IMG/VR virus record: IMGVR_UViG_3300009008_000048 | Coordinates: 1 to 54,600 of that record | Length of the DNA: 54,600 nucleotides | Direction: 5' to 3' (one strand) | DNA from: a virus | Taxonomy: Duplodnaviria > Caudoviricetes | Shown here: positions 8,905 through 17,283 of the stretch, piece after piece | Numbering within the stretch: the first letter of the stretch is position 1 | Layout of the letters: each line of letters begins with the position of its first letter | Position numbers and translations under genes: made by a program | The notes under the pieces: model-generated | The model's database searches: none | What the model was told of the DNA's origin: nothing | The model's input: the letters and a program-made list of their open reading frames with translations, nothing else

Positions 8905-10473
8905 TTATTTTTCTTTATATGGGGCTATTGTTATAGCCGCACCACTTGTTATTAATATACCTGCAGTTGCTACAGAGTTAGTTATTTCATTTTTTACTAC
9001 TTTAAATGGATCTATAATACCCTTTTCAAATAAATCGACATATTCATTATTAAGTGCATCATATCCTTTACCTGTTCTTAATACTTCTCCTATTATTGCA
9101 TCTGCATTTTCTCCCGCATTCTTTAATATTTTTCTCAAAGGCTTATTAAGCGCCTTTAATACTATTTCCTGCCCTGCTACAAATTCTTTACTGCTATCTA
9201 CAATAGCTATATCTTTACCTGCTTTTAATAATGCTATACCTCCACCCTCTACTATACCTTCTTGTATAGCTGAACGAGTAGCATTTAAAGCATCTTCTAT
9301 TCTATATTTAATTTCTGTTTGGTCTGTTTCTGAAGCTCCGCCTACTTTAATATTAGCTATTTGACCATTTAACTTACCAAGCCTTTCTTTTAACTTTTTA
9401 AGTTTAAATGTATCACCCTCTTCTTTTATTAAAGCTTTAACCTCTTCTATATTACCTTTAACATTTCCTTTGCCACCTGAAATAACTGTACTATCTCTAC
9501 CTATAATAACTTTATCACAAGTACCTAACTCATCTGCACCTGCATCTTCTATTTTAATTGATTCTTCTTTTCCTACTACTGTGGCCTCGGTTAATGTAGC
9601 TAAGTCTCTTAATAGATCCCCCTGATAACCGCCAAATGAAGGGTTATTAACAGGAACTATAGTAAACTTACCTAACATATGATTTTGAGCTAAAAATGCT
9701 AATGCTGCGCCTTCTATTTTATTAGCAAACAAAATTGCTTTATTATGCCCTGCTACTATTAATCTTTCTACTATAGGTATTAATTGGTTTGGATTATCTA
9801 TATCATCGCTACATATAATAACTTGTGGGTTTTCTGCTTCATAAGATAACCTTTTAGGATTATTTATAAAAACATGTGATTGATAACCATTATTTAACTC
9901 AATACCTTTAACATATTCCACTTTTGTTTCCATTTCTGAGGAATTAGTTACTGTAACAACACCATCTACACCTATTTTATTAACTACTTCCATAATAAGT
10001 TTACCCACCTTTTCATCGTTATTAGCAGATATAATAGCTGTTTGTAACTTTTCTTTATTGGTTTTTATTTGCTTTGTTTGTTTTTTAAGGTTCTTTAACA
10101 CTAATTGTAGCGCATAATCCATTCCCCTTTTAATTAAAATTGGGTTCATGCCTGCTACTATATATTTATTAGCCTCATTAACCATAGAGGCCAGCAATAC
10201 TACTGTTGAGGTAGTGCCATCACCAGCCTCTCGGTTCGTATTTTCGGCCGCCTCGCGTGTTATCATTACTCCCATATTCTCGAACTTATCCTTTAAGAAT
10301 ATCTGCTGAGCAACCGTGACCCCATCTTTAGTTATAGTTGGATAAGAACTATCTTCAAAGATAACATTTTGCCCTCTCGGACCCAATGTAGTCGATACAG
10401 CGTCTGCTGTTATATTTAAACCCCGTAGGATTTTTTCTCTAGCTTCTTGTCTAAATTTTAATTCTTTATACAT
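8905..10473 (-). CDS. groEL: Chaperonin GroEL-like
   Basis: TLGPRGQNV, ITKDGVTVA, AGDGTTS, KERLGKL, IKVGGASE, IEDALNATRSAIQEGIVEGGG, GIIDP.KV; 522 aa with no GGM tail. Confidence 0.95.
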   Translation of the reverse strand: MYKELKFRQEAREKILRGLNITADAVSTTLGPRGQNVIFEDSSYPTITKDGVTVAQQIFLKDKFENMGVMITREAAENTNREAGDGTTSTVVLLASMVNEANKYIVAGMNPILIKRGMDYALQLVLKNLKKQTKQIKTNKEKLQTAIISANNDEKVGKLIMEVVNKIGVDGVVTVTNSSEMETKVEYVKGIELNNGYQSHVFINNPKRLSYEAENPQVIICSDDIDNPNQLIPIVERLIVAGHNKAILFANKIEGAALAFLAQNHMLGKFTIVPVNNPSFGGYQGDLLRDLATLTEATVVGKEESIKIEDAGADELGTCDKVIIGRDSTVISGGKGNVKGNIEEVKALIKEEGDTFKLKKLKERLGKLNGQIANIKVGGASETDQTEIKYRIEDALNATRSAIQEGIVEGGGIALLKAGKDIAIVDSSKEFVAGQEIVLKALNKPLRKILKNAGENADAIIGEVLRTGKGYDALNNEYVDLFEKGIIDPFKVVKNEITNSVATAGILITSGAAITIAPYKEK

Positions 10474-10475
10474 AT

Positions 10476-10727
10476 TTATTCTTTATACTCAGTTATTGCT
10501 ATAATATCTTCCTCTGGTAAAAAGTAAAACCTTTCACCTTGAATTAATAATTCAAATAAGGAATATTTACCAAACACTACTGATTTACCTTTTAAAGAGC
10601 CTTTTAATACTTCACCAGTAATAAGTGCTTTATCTTCGTCTGATTCTTCGATTGCGATATCTACTTTTACTGCAGTATTTTTATGCTTCTTAATTAATAA
10701 AATACCTTCTTTTGGTTCTATTTTCAT
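10476..10727 (-). CDS. groES: Co-chaperonin GroES-like
   Basis: MKIEP....LLIK...GEVL...VVFGKYS.......ERFYFLPEEDIIA; directly upstream of groEL. Confidence 0.8.
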   Translation of the reverse strand: MKIEPKEGILLIKKHKNTAVKVDIAIEESDEDKALITGEVLKGSLKGKSVVFGKYSLFELLIQGERFYFLPEEDIIAITEYKE

Positions 10728-10731
10728 ATAT

Positions 10732-10947
10732 TTACTTCTTTTGTTCCAACGGCGCTGGAGCTACTTCTTCTTGTGGTCTAGCTAAATTAATATCTGGACC
10801 ATAAGGCGTAATAATAGGCCTTAATATTAAATTATACTTTTTTTGCAGAAGTTCTAGGTCTACTAGAAACATTTTAGCATCTCTCTCAAACTCATCTTCT
10901 TTTTTTACATCTTGTTTAGGATCTACATCCTTTTTTTTGTCTTCCAT
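10732..10947 (-). CDS. Hypothetical protein
   Basis: 71-aa ORF packed in the operon. Confidence 0.5.
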   Translation of the reverse strand: MEDKKKDVDPKQDVKKEDEFERDAKMFLVDLELLQKKYNLILRPIITPYGPDINLARPQEEVAPAPLEQKK

Positions 10948-10962
10948 ACTTTTTTATTTAAA

Positions 10963-12990
10963 TTAATTATAATCCCAATCATTAGACATTTTAGGCCTTA
11001 ACAACCCTTCAATATCTTTTTGTATTCGCGTCTTTGGTTTAGGTAGTTTATAAGGAGCATTTGGACGTGTCATAATCATGTATCTTAATGCGTCACAATT
11101 ATGTACTATTACTCCTTGACATGCAAAATTATGAATTCCTTTTACCTCCATATTATATACATATTGCTTTTCCCCTCTTTTTATATCTACTATTTTATGA
11201 TTATACTGTTTCTTTAAAATCGATCTATACTTTTTATAACATTTTAATGAACATGTTTTTGTTGTTGTATACTTATTTATATTAAACTCTTTATTACATA
11301 TGAAGCATTCTCTGTTTATATTATCAATTCCTGAAGCTATTCTGTTTTTAATATAACAAGCACCTGAACAATAAATCCCAGTACCATCTTCTGTTGTAAA
11401 CATTCTTTCACAAACTTTACATTGTTTTTCTTGCCTTCTTTTCTTTCTATTCTCTTCTGACCATGCATTTTTAGCATGTTGTTTATGCCATTTTTTACCT
11501 TCTTCGCTTTTATGCCATGCTTTTGTTAAATGCCTAATACTGTCTAAGTGATTAATACCAGCTATTCGATAATCTTTACGTATCCAATTTTTAATACTTG
11601 CAATACCTAATTTTCGTTTCGTAGTCTTAGAACATTTCCTATTCTTTGAATGTATCGCACAATGATCTGCTCTTGTTAATAATTGTAAATTATCAGGGTT
11701 ATTATTTAACTTATCTTCATTTAAATGATGAATATTCCATTTCCAGCTATCTTCTGGTAATTCGCCTATAATATCTTGATATACTAGTCTATGTGCTGAT
11801 TTTGTACTGCCATTATTTAAATTTATATGTAAATGACCATTACTATCTATGTTTCTATATAAAGGCATTAAACTATCTCCTATTTTAAGTTTACCTGCTT
11901 CTTTATACTCTCCATTTCGTAATAATACTGGATGATCTTCTGTTAATACAAGTTTTTCTTTATTATCTAATATTATTTGTATTGTTTCTCTTTTTCCTGT
12001 TTTAGCAACATTATTGAAAGGAGCTACTGTTATTCTTTCTAATTGCTGACTAAACCCATAAACATGCCCTTTTTTGCCCACTAAATCTTTAATAGCTATA
12101 TCTCCGTCTGTGGTATGTACTATACTACTTCCTATAACACATGCATGATCATCCTTTTTTACTGGTTCTTCACTCATGTTACGTGTTTTTTGTTGCAATT
12201 CAGTTAATTCTTTATACCTGTAATTCTGTAGCTCTGTACATAGGTTTGGACATTTATCACGAAATACATATAAATGCGACTTACTATCTGCATCTAATTG
12301 AAAATATTCTCTTATTCTGTTAATACCAGCTGCAACATCGTTATTTCCACGTTCAAATTCCCATCCATTATCATAAAACTCTTCTACAACAGAGTAAGGT
12401 ATCTCTTCTCCTTCTGTTATTTTAGACCTATTCTTATGACCTGTTGTTGGATCTATAACTCGAATCTGAAAATAAGTGTTTGCTATATCTCTTAACTGTC
12501 GCAAAGATTTACCTTCTATGTTGTCTTTACCCCCTAATAAGTAATCAAAGTGCTGAAACATACTTTTTGATGACTTTGACGGTAGTGCTGCTTCATAATA
12601 CTCATCTATTATATACAATTCTTGGTTTTTTGTCCAAGCACCTACTAAAGCGGCAGTTGGATTTCTCTGTCCAAAATCTAATGCAAGTATTAATTCATAT
12701 GGTTGTTCTAACTCAAAGCTGTTAATAAGGTGTACTTCTGGCTTAAAATCACAGTAATCTGAACCATATATTAACTTACCAGACTTTGTAGCAAAATCTA
12801 TTTCGTATTCTTTATCCCACAGTGCTTTTAATGTACCCTTCTTTTCTCTATCATACCACTTTTTACCTTTTCTTTGTGGGTCTTTTTCAGGATCTGCAGT
12901 ATAATGTAGCATTAAAACAGTGAAACCATTCTTGTTTTCCCACTTTTTAATACCTCTTACTATTGGTTTTTTCTTTATATCGTCGTACAT
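10963..12990 (-). CDS. terL: Terminase large subunit, C-terminal nuclease part (contains intein)
   Basis: KEYEIDF, LALDFGQRNPTA, IIDEYY, IDP, NDVAAGINRIREYF, CPNL..ELQNYRY; after intein removal KDDHA|CDALRY. Confidence 0.88.
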   Translation of the reverse strand: MYDDIKKKPIVRGIKKWENKNGFTVLMLHYTADPEKDPQRKGKKWYDREKKGTLKALWDKEYEIDFATKSGKLIYGSDYCDFKPEVHLINSFELEQPYELILALDFGQRNPTAALVGAWTKNQELYIIDEYYEAALPSKSSKSMFQHFDYLLGGKDNIEGKSLRQLRDIANTYFQIRVIDPTTGHKNRSKITEGEEIPYSVVEEFYDNGWEFERGNNDVAAGINRIREYFQLDADSKSHLYVFRDKCPNLCTELQNYRYKELTELQQKTRNMSEEPVKKDDHACVIGSSIVHTTDGDIAIKDLVGKKGHVYGFSQQLERITVAPFNNVAKTGKRETIQIILDNKEKLVLTEDHPVLLRNGEYKEAGKLKIGDSLMPLYRNIDSNGHLHINLNNGSTKSAHRLVYQDIIGELPEDSWKWNIHHLNEDKLNNNPDNLQLLTRADHCAIHSKNRKCSKTTKRKLGIASIKNWIRKDYRIAGINHLDSIRHLTKAWHKSEEGKKWHKQHAKNAWSEENRKKRRQEKQCKVCERMFTTEDGTGIYCSGACYIKNRIASGIDNINRECFICNKEFNINKYTTTKTCSLKCYKKYRSILKKQYNHKIVDIKRGEKQYVYNMEVKGIHNFACQGVIVHNCDALRYMIMTRPNAPYKLPKPKTRIQKDIEGLLRPKMSNDWDYN
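11098..12141 (-). mobile_element. Intein (348 aa) with HNH endonuclease and Zn-finger repeats in TerL nuclease
   Basis: Starts CVIGSSIVHT; block B LTEDHPVL; HNH AHRLVY...IHHLNEDKLNNNPDNL; ends VYNMEV..HNF...VIVHN followed by +1 Cys. Confidence 0.92.
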
Positions 12991-13691
12991 TATTCTACTG
13001 CTAACTTATCAAACACTAAAGCTTCAAAAAATGTCCTGTCTTCTGCGGTACTAACACCTGTAAAACGACCTTTAGCAGATATTGTAGGTTTTGCTGCTGT
13101 ATAAGCATTCTTTGCTTCTGGTTGAAATGCCATCTCATCTGCAAATATACCACTAGCAGTATGCATACGAATAACATCGCCACCTTCAGGAATACCTCTA
13201 ATTTCGCTATGAATATCCGGAAACGTCATTTTACACCTAACGTGCTGGCCATTATGCTGTGGATTGCACTGTAGGGGCTTAAAAACACCGTTCTCTCGGT
13301 ATCTTTTAAGGAACTTAGGCATTTGGTCCCATATAAACTTTGTACGCTTTATAAGGTCGTCTGCGTCCTCTTCCCTTTTACTTTGAAAAAAGGTTAACCT
13401 GCCTTTATGAAAAAACGTATCCCAACCATATAATGCGGTAAATATCCAAGATATCATCATTTGACGACTCTTAGGTACTAGCAATAAAGGGTTTTTTAAC
13501 CAAATTTTTACTATTGTTTCAAGGTACTTCTTTTCCGGAAACGGTTTAATAGGATTATCCCTGTCATGTACATCTAAAGTATATGCCCAATTAGTTAAGA
13601 AATAATATGGGTCGTTTTTACACTTATCCCACTCTAAATCTTGTAATACTTTACTTTTTTTTAACTTCTTTAAATATTCAACTTTTAACAT
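12990..13691 (-). CDS. terL: Terminase large subunit, N-terminal ATPase part
   Basis: DPYYF, Walker A VPKSRQMMISW, Walker B IFADEMAF, coupling motif VSTA; the stop overlaps the next start (TAATG). Confidence 0.88.
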   Translation of the reverse strand: MLKVEYLKKLKKSKVLQDLEWDKCKNDPYYFLTNWAYTLDVHDRDNPIKPFPEKKYLETIVKIWLKNPLLLVPKSRQMMISWIFTALYGWDTFFHKGRLTFFQSKREEDADDLIKRTKFIWDQMPKFLKRYRENGVFKPLQCNPQHNGQHVRCKMTFPDIHSEIRGIPEGGDVIRMHTASGIFADEMAFQPEAKNAYTAAKPTISAKGRFTGVSTAEDRTFFEALVFDKLAVE

Positions 13692-13845
13692 TTAATGCTA
13701 TTATTACTGCTAATTTACGTTTTGCGTCTTCATAGCTAATATTATGCTTTTTCGCATACGTTTTAATAGCCTTATCTCTTGGTTGAGAAGGCTCTGTTCT
13801 TATTAATTCTTCTACATCTTTTTTAACATTTCCTGTTAACGGCAT
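13678..13845 (-). CDS. Small hypothetical protein (55 aa, not in ORF track)
   Basis: ATG 13845 MPLTGNVKKDVEELIRTEPSQPRDKAIKTYAKKHNISYEDAKRKLAVIIALNVKS*; fills the gap between terS and terL. Confidence 0.45.
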   Translation of the reverse strand: MPLTGNVKKDVEELIRTEPSQPRDKAIKTYAKKHNISYEDAKRKLAVIIALNVKS

Positions 13846-13952
13846 ATCTTTAATGCTTAAGAGGCAATATAAATCCTGGGCTTGGATTGCCTCTCGCTTA
13901 TATAATTAAATTATTAAGCCTTTATATAGCCCCGTAAGCATTAAAAAAAGGC

Positions 13953-14411
13953 TTATAATTCTTTAAGAATCTTAGCCTTTAATGCATCTTTCTCTTTACC
14001 ACTCATTTTTGTTATATCTACCTCTTGTTCCTCTATTTTAACTATTTGTTTCTCCGGTTCAAAACCACCTGTTAACTTAGCATAAGTGACAATAGCCGCA
14101 TTTATAGCAGTAGCATCATCTATATTATCTACTAAAGCACCTTGAAAATATATAGGTTTTTTAGTATTTAACAAGCTTTTAACCTTTTTCATTATCAGCT
14201 TCTTATCTATACCAGCCTTTAAACCAACCAGCTCATAGCTGCCTTGTATTTGCTGTATCTTATCTAATACACGCTGATCTTGTAATAATTTATGTGCCTC
14301 GCTAGTACATATATTGCTTTTACTTTGGTTATAAGCCTTTTTATAAGCTTTAGACCCATTAAAGCCATTAGCAACATATTCCTCGCAGAATGCTGTCATT
14401 TTATCAGTCAT
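13953..14411 (-). CDS. terS: Terminase small subunit
   Basis: FCEEYVANGFNGSKAYKKAY...EAHKLL....V...I HTH pattern of small terminases; upstream of terL. Confidence 0.85.
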   Translation of the reverse strand: MTDKMTAFCEEYVANGFNGSKAYKKAYNQSKSNICTSEAHKLLQDQRVLDKIQQIQGSYELVGLKAGIDKKLIMKKVKSLLNTKKPIYFQGALVDNIDDATAINAAIVTYAKLTGGFEPEKQIVKIEEQEVDITKMSGKEKDALKAKILKEL

Positions 14412-14429
14412 ATTTTTAACTTCAATGGT

Positions 14430-14458
14430 ATTTTACCATAGATTCAGAAAAATAGCAA
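14430..14458 (-). promoter_or_regulatory. Sigma70-type promoter for terS/late operon
   Basis: Minus strand TTGCTA-17-TAAAAT with TG extension, 19 nt upstream of the terS ATG. Confidence 0.55.
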
Positions 14459-14518
14459 GTACCCCCCCCCTTATAGATATCAGATACCCCCACCATTTCT
14501 GTGACATCCCCCCCGTCT

Positions 14519-14595
14519 AAGTTGTCATGAAGTTGTCATGAAGTTGTCATGAAGTTGTCATGAAGTTGTCATGAAGTTGTCATGAAGTTGTCATG
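14519..14595. repeat. Tandem repeat, 7 x 11 bp AAGTTGTCATG
   Basis: Seven perfect copies counted directly; C-runs on the left flank and G-rich sequence on the right. Confidence 0.95.
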
Positions 14596-14738
14596 GGTGT
14601 GGGTGTGTTGTGGTATATAGTATATATATAATAGGGTAGGAATAAGTTTGTGAATTGTGTTTTTGTATCCCCAGGAGACTATCCTTTATTTTTTATATTA
14701 TTATTTTATTACTATATTATATGGCTTGTAGTTTCAGG

Positions 14739-14767
14739 TTGCTTTTATTTTTTATATATGCTATAAT
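14739..14767 (+). promoter_or_regulatory. Sigma70-type early promoter
   Basis: TTGCTT-17-TATAAT with extended TG. Confidence 0.7.
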
Positions 14768-14987
14768 GTATATGTAAGTTAATACAACCTAGCACATTAA
14801 AAAACATATGTAAAAGTTATATATAATAACCATAATAAGTAAGTAATATTAAAAGCTGGGGCTGTTATGGTGTAAATTAAAAATTCTGTAATATTCTGGC
14901 TGGTTGTGTGCTAAGCAACACATTAAAAGGTTTATTTAATTAGTAATTACTACTTAATAAAAGTAGTAAAAGAAAGGGGACATTAAT

Positions 14988-15197
14988 ATGTCAGAATACA
15001 CAGATGCACAAATGTTAGCAGCGGGCAAAAAAGCCCTGGAAGCTAAGGATAGGCAAATTGCCTACGATAAAGTTTACAATTTAGGTAAACGCATCGAGTT
15101 AGCAACCTTACGAGAACATTATGTGCAAGCTGGCGGGTCTTTGGCACAATTAGTAAAGGACTCAAAAGCGGAAGCTATTAAGCAACTAGGCGAATAG
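14988..15197 (+). CDS. Small early protein, paralogue A
   Basis: MSEYTDAQMLAAGKKALE..; preceded by AGAAAGGGGACA; similar to 15673..15936. Confidence 0.75.
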   Translation: MSEYTDAQMLAAGKKALEAKDRQIAYDKVYNLGKRIELATLREHYVQAGGSLAQLVKDSKAEAIKQLGE

Positions 15198-15200
15198 CTT

Positions 15201-15343
15201 TAGGTGCTGGGCAACACGTTAAACTGCCCAAAGGGTAGTTATGGGCTGCCCTTTTTAATAATTAACAGTAATTATATGTAAGATTTTTATAGGTGCTGGG
15301 CAACACGTTAAACTGCCCAAAGGGTAGTTATGGGCTGCCCTTT
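15201..15343 (+). repeat. 54-bp direct repeat (15201-15254 and 15290-15343), structured
   Basis: TAGGTGCTGGGCAACACGTTAAACTGCCCAAAGGGTAGTTATGGGCTGCCCTTT occurs twice, identical. Confidence 0.92.
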
Positions 15344-15493
15344 GCGTCTTTGGTAGGGGTTAGTAAGGGCAACTAGGCTTTGTGACTTACGTTGGGATGG
15401 GGATAAGATGAGAGCGGAGAGCAAACGCGAGCACGAACCAATTCTAACTTCCAACTATGCTGATATCTCAGAGATTTATTTGGGGGTTTTAGG

Positions 15494-15522
15494 TTGCTTA
15501 AATTATAAATATATGTTATAAT
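15494..15522 (+). promoter_or_regulatory. Sigma70-type early promoter
   Basis: TTGCTT-17-TATAAT with extended TG, same architecture as 14739..14767. Confidence 0.7.
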
Positions 15523-15672
15523 TATATTGTAAATGCTAAAATAGTCTTAATTATCATTAACATCGTTCATTCATCGTTCATTCACAACATTCATATATGC
15601 AAGTCATATATATTTAATCATTAATTTCTGTCTATTATAATAGTAGATAGAAAAGGGAAAGGGACATGATAT

Positions 15673-15936
15673 ATGTCAGAATACACTAATGAGCAACTAA
15701 TAGAATTGGGTCGTAAAACACTCGAAACTAGAGAAGCTCAAAAAGTCTATGATAGACTGTATAATGCTCGTATTAAATGGGTAAATCAACAACTGATTGA
15801 TTCTTACAACGAGCTAGCAGATCAGTCATACAATCAACTAGTTCTAGCAAGCAAAGAAATGTCACTGTCAGAGTTGGTTCAAGTAGACCACGAGTGTCGT
15901 GGTTTATCTGCTACTTCTACGGAACTACATGTTTAA
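15673..15936 (+). CDS. Small early protein, paralogue B
   Basis: MSEYTNEQLIELGRKTLE..; preceded by AAAGGGACA. Confidence 0.75.
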   Translation: MSEYTNEQLIELGRKTLETREAQKVYDRLYNARIKWVNQQLIDSYNELADQSYNQLVLASKEMSLSELVQVDHECRGLSATSTELHV

Positions 15937-15958
15937 TGTTGTTAGAGGCATAGACACT

Positions 15959-15990
15959 AAAAGAGGGAGCTTTAATCAGCTTCTTCTTTT
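15959..15990 (+). terminator. Intrinsic terminator candidate
   Basis: AAAAGAGGGAGCT-TTAATC-AGCTTCTTCTTTT after paralogue B. Confidence 0.55.
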
Positions 15991-16048
15991 GTTGTTTAAC
16001 ATATGAATAGATCTAAGGGGGGTATGAGGTATGTTTTATATACAATCA

Positions 16049-16098
16049 GAGGTATCAGAGTATACCTGAGGTATCAGAGTATACCTTCAGAGTATACC
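16049..16098. repeat. Short tandem repeats GAGGTATCAGAGTATACCT x2 plus partial third
   Basis: 16049-16067, 16068-16086 and TCAGAGTATACC at 16087-16098. Confidence 0.85.
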
Positions 16099-16475
16099 AG
16101 GAGACAGAGTAATAAAGACTGTTCGTGGTCATAGCGCCAATTCAGTCACTATTTATTATTCTATACCATACAGCCTCAAATCCTCTTTATATAGCCGAGA
16201 AAATACTATGTCGAGGAGCTAATCATAAAATCATATAATAGCTATCACATATGATCTAGGTTATCTATTCAGTATAGAAGCTTGTCCTATACAACTGACG
16301 GAGGGGTTTATACCTCTCTGTTGGTTGTTATCTAAAAAGTTCTCTATATAGCCGAGAAATATCAGGTGATTCAAACATATGAAAAAGTAAGAAAAGTTCT
16401 TATATTATAATGTTTTTATTCATCTCAGCATATTTCCAAGTTATGGTGAGATTCTAATTATTAACAACCAGACCT

Positions 16476-16721
16476 ATGCCTAAGAAAAACATTCTGAATA
16501 TAGTTCAGATGCAACAACTAGAAACTTTACGATATGTCCAAAAAGAGATCTATTGTAAGCAAGAAAATAGACTAATAGTCTTAAAGAAAATTAATCCAAC
16601 TTTAGAAGAAATTGGTCGTCTTTATGGTGAACCAGAAACACAAACAGATAGAGACTTCGACAAATTTCTGAACCCATCAAAGTATGGGCTAATGTCATGG
16701 AAAGAAAGATGGGGATTATGA
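16476..16721 (+). CDS. Hypothetical protein
   Basis: 81-aa ORF opening a run of + strand genes. Confidence 0.5.
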   Translation: MPKKNILNIVQMQQLETLRYVQKEIYCKQENRLIVLKKINPTLEEIGRLYGEPETQTDRDFDKFLNPSKYGLMSWKERWGL

Positions 16722-16903
16722 ATTATGATGAAGAAATAATTCGTCATTATGATAAACAAACAGATGTGACTATAGAAGAGGAATACGGTCCTGCTGACCA
16801 ATGTCCTCAATGTAAGGAGACGTCTTATCAACCTGTAATGCTAGAAGGAAGTAATACAGGTGAATGGATATGTAATAAATGTAATTATCAAGATGTAATA
16901 TGA
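16718..16903 (+). CDS. Small Zn-ribbon protein
   Basis: CPQC...CNKC; likely start at the ATGA overlap (MNYDEE). Confidence 0.55.
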   Translation: MNYDEEIIRHYDKQTDVTIEEEYGPADQCPQCKETSYQPVMLEGSNTGEWICNKCNYQDVI

Positions 16904-17133
16904 AAAAAGCAAAGAAAGACAATTTAGAGCATATATTGAGTGCTCTATATAAAATTAAGAAGATAAATAGAAAGAAACAATATACAGAACAAGAGCTAAT
17001 AGAACTAGTAAGTAATGATCCGGCAGGTCAGAATGTTATAAAGCAATTACAAGAGATGAAGGTTAGTAGTTCTCAGTTATTTAACAGAGGATACTATTTA
17101 GCTTCTACTATATTAGAGGGATTTATAGACTAA
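16900..17133 (+). CDS. Hypothetical protein
   Basis: 77 aa, ATGA-coupled. Confidence 0.5.
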   Translation: MKKAKKDNLEHILSALYKIKKINRKKQYTEQELIELVSNDPAGQNVIKQLQEMKVSSSQLFNRGYYLASTILEGFID

Positions 17134-17283
17134 GTCTCTTTATACAGCCGACTTTACGCCACCAAAGTCACAATCTGCCCGAAGGTTAGCCAATTCCATT
17201 GGTTTCTTTTGGATAGCTTGTCATAGCTATGACTTAATAATTAAGTGATATCTTATGGTATCACAAGGAAAGGTTTTTTCAAT

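Noticed and set aside
12985-12995. Stop-codon reassignment or readthrough joining the TerL halves
   Set aside because: The stop is TAA, the downstream ORF is in another frame, and other genes are full length in the standard code.
14519-14595. Possible CRISPR array
   Set aside because: The 11-bp units are contiguous with no spacers; the only Cas4-like gene is a typical phage exonuclease.
15201-15343. Mini-CRISPR array or preQ1 riboswitch
   Set aside because: There are only two 54-bp copies, too long for typical repeats and with no cas context. The sequence lacks the preQ1-I stem/loop/A-tract pattern and is not upstream of que genes.
15344-15460. tRNA gene in the GC-richer intergenic segment
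   Set aside because: No cloverleaf or TTCGA T-loop found; I saw no convincing tRNA anywhere in the window.
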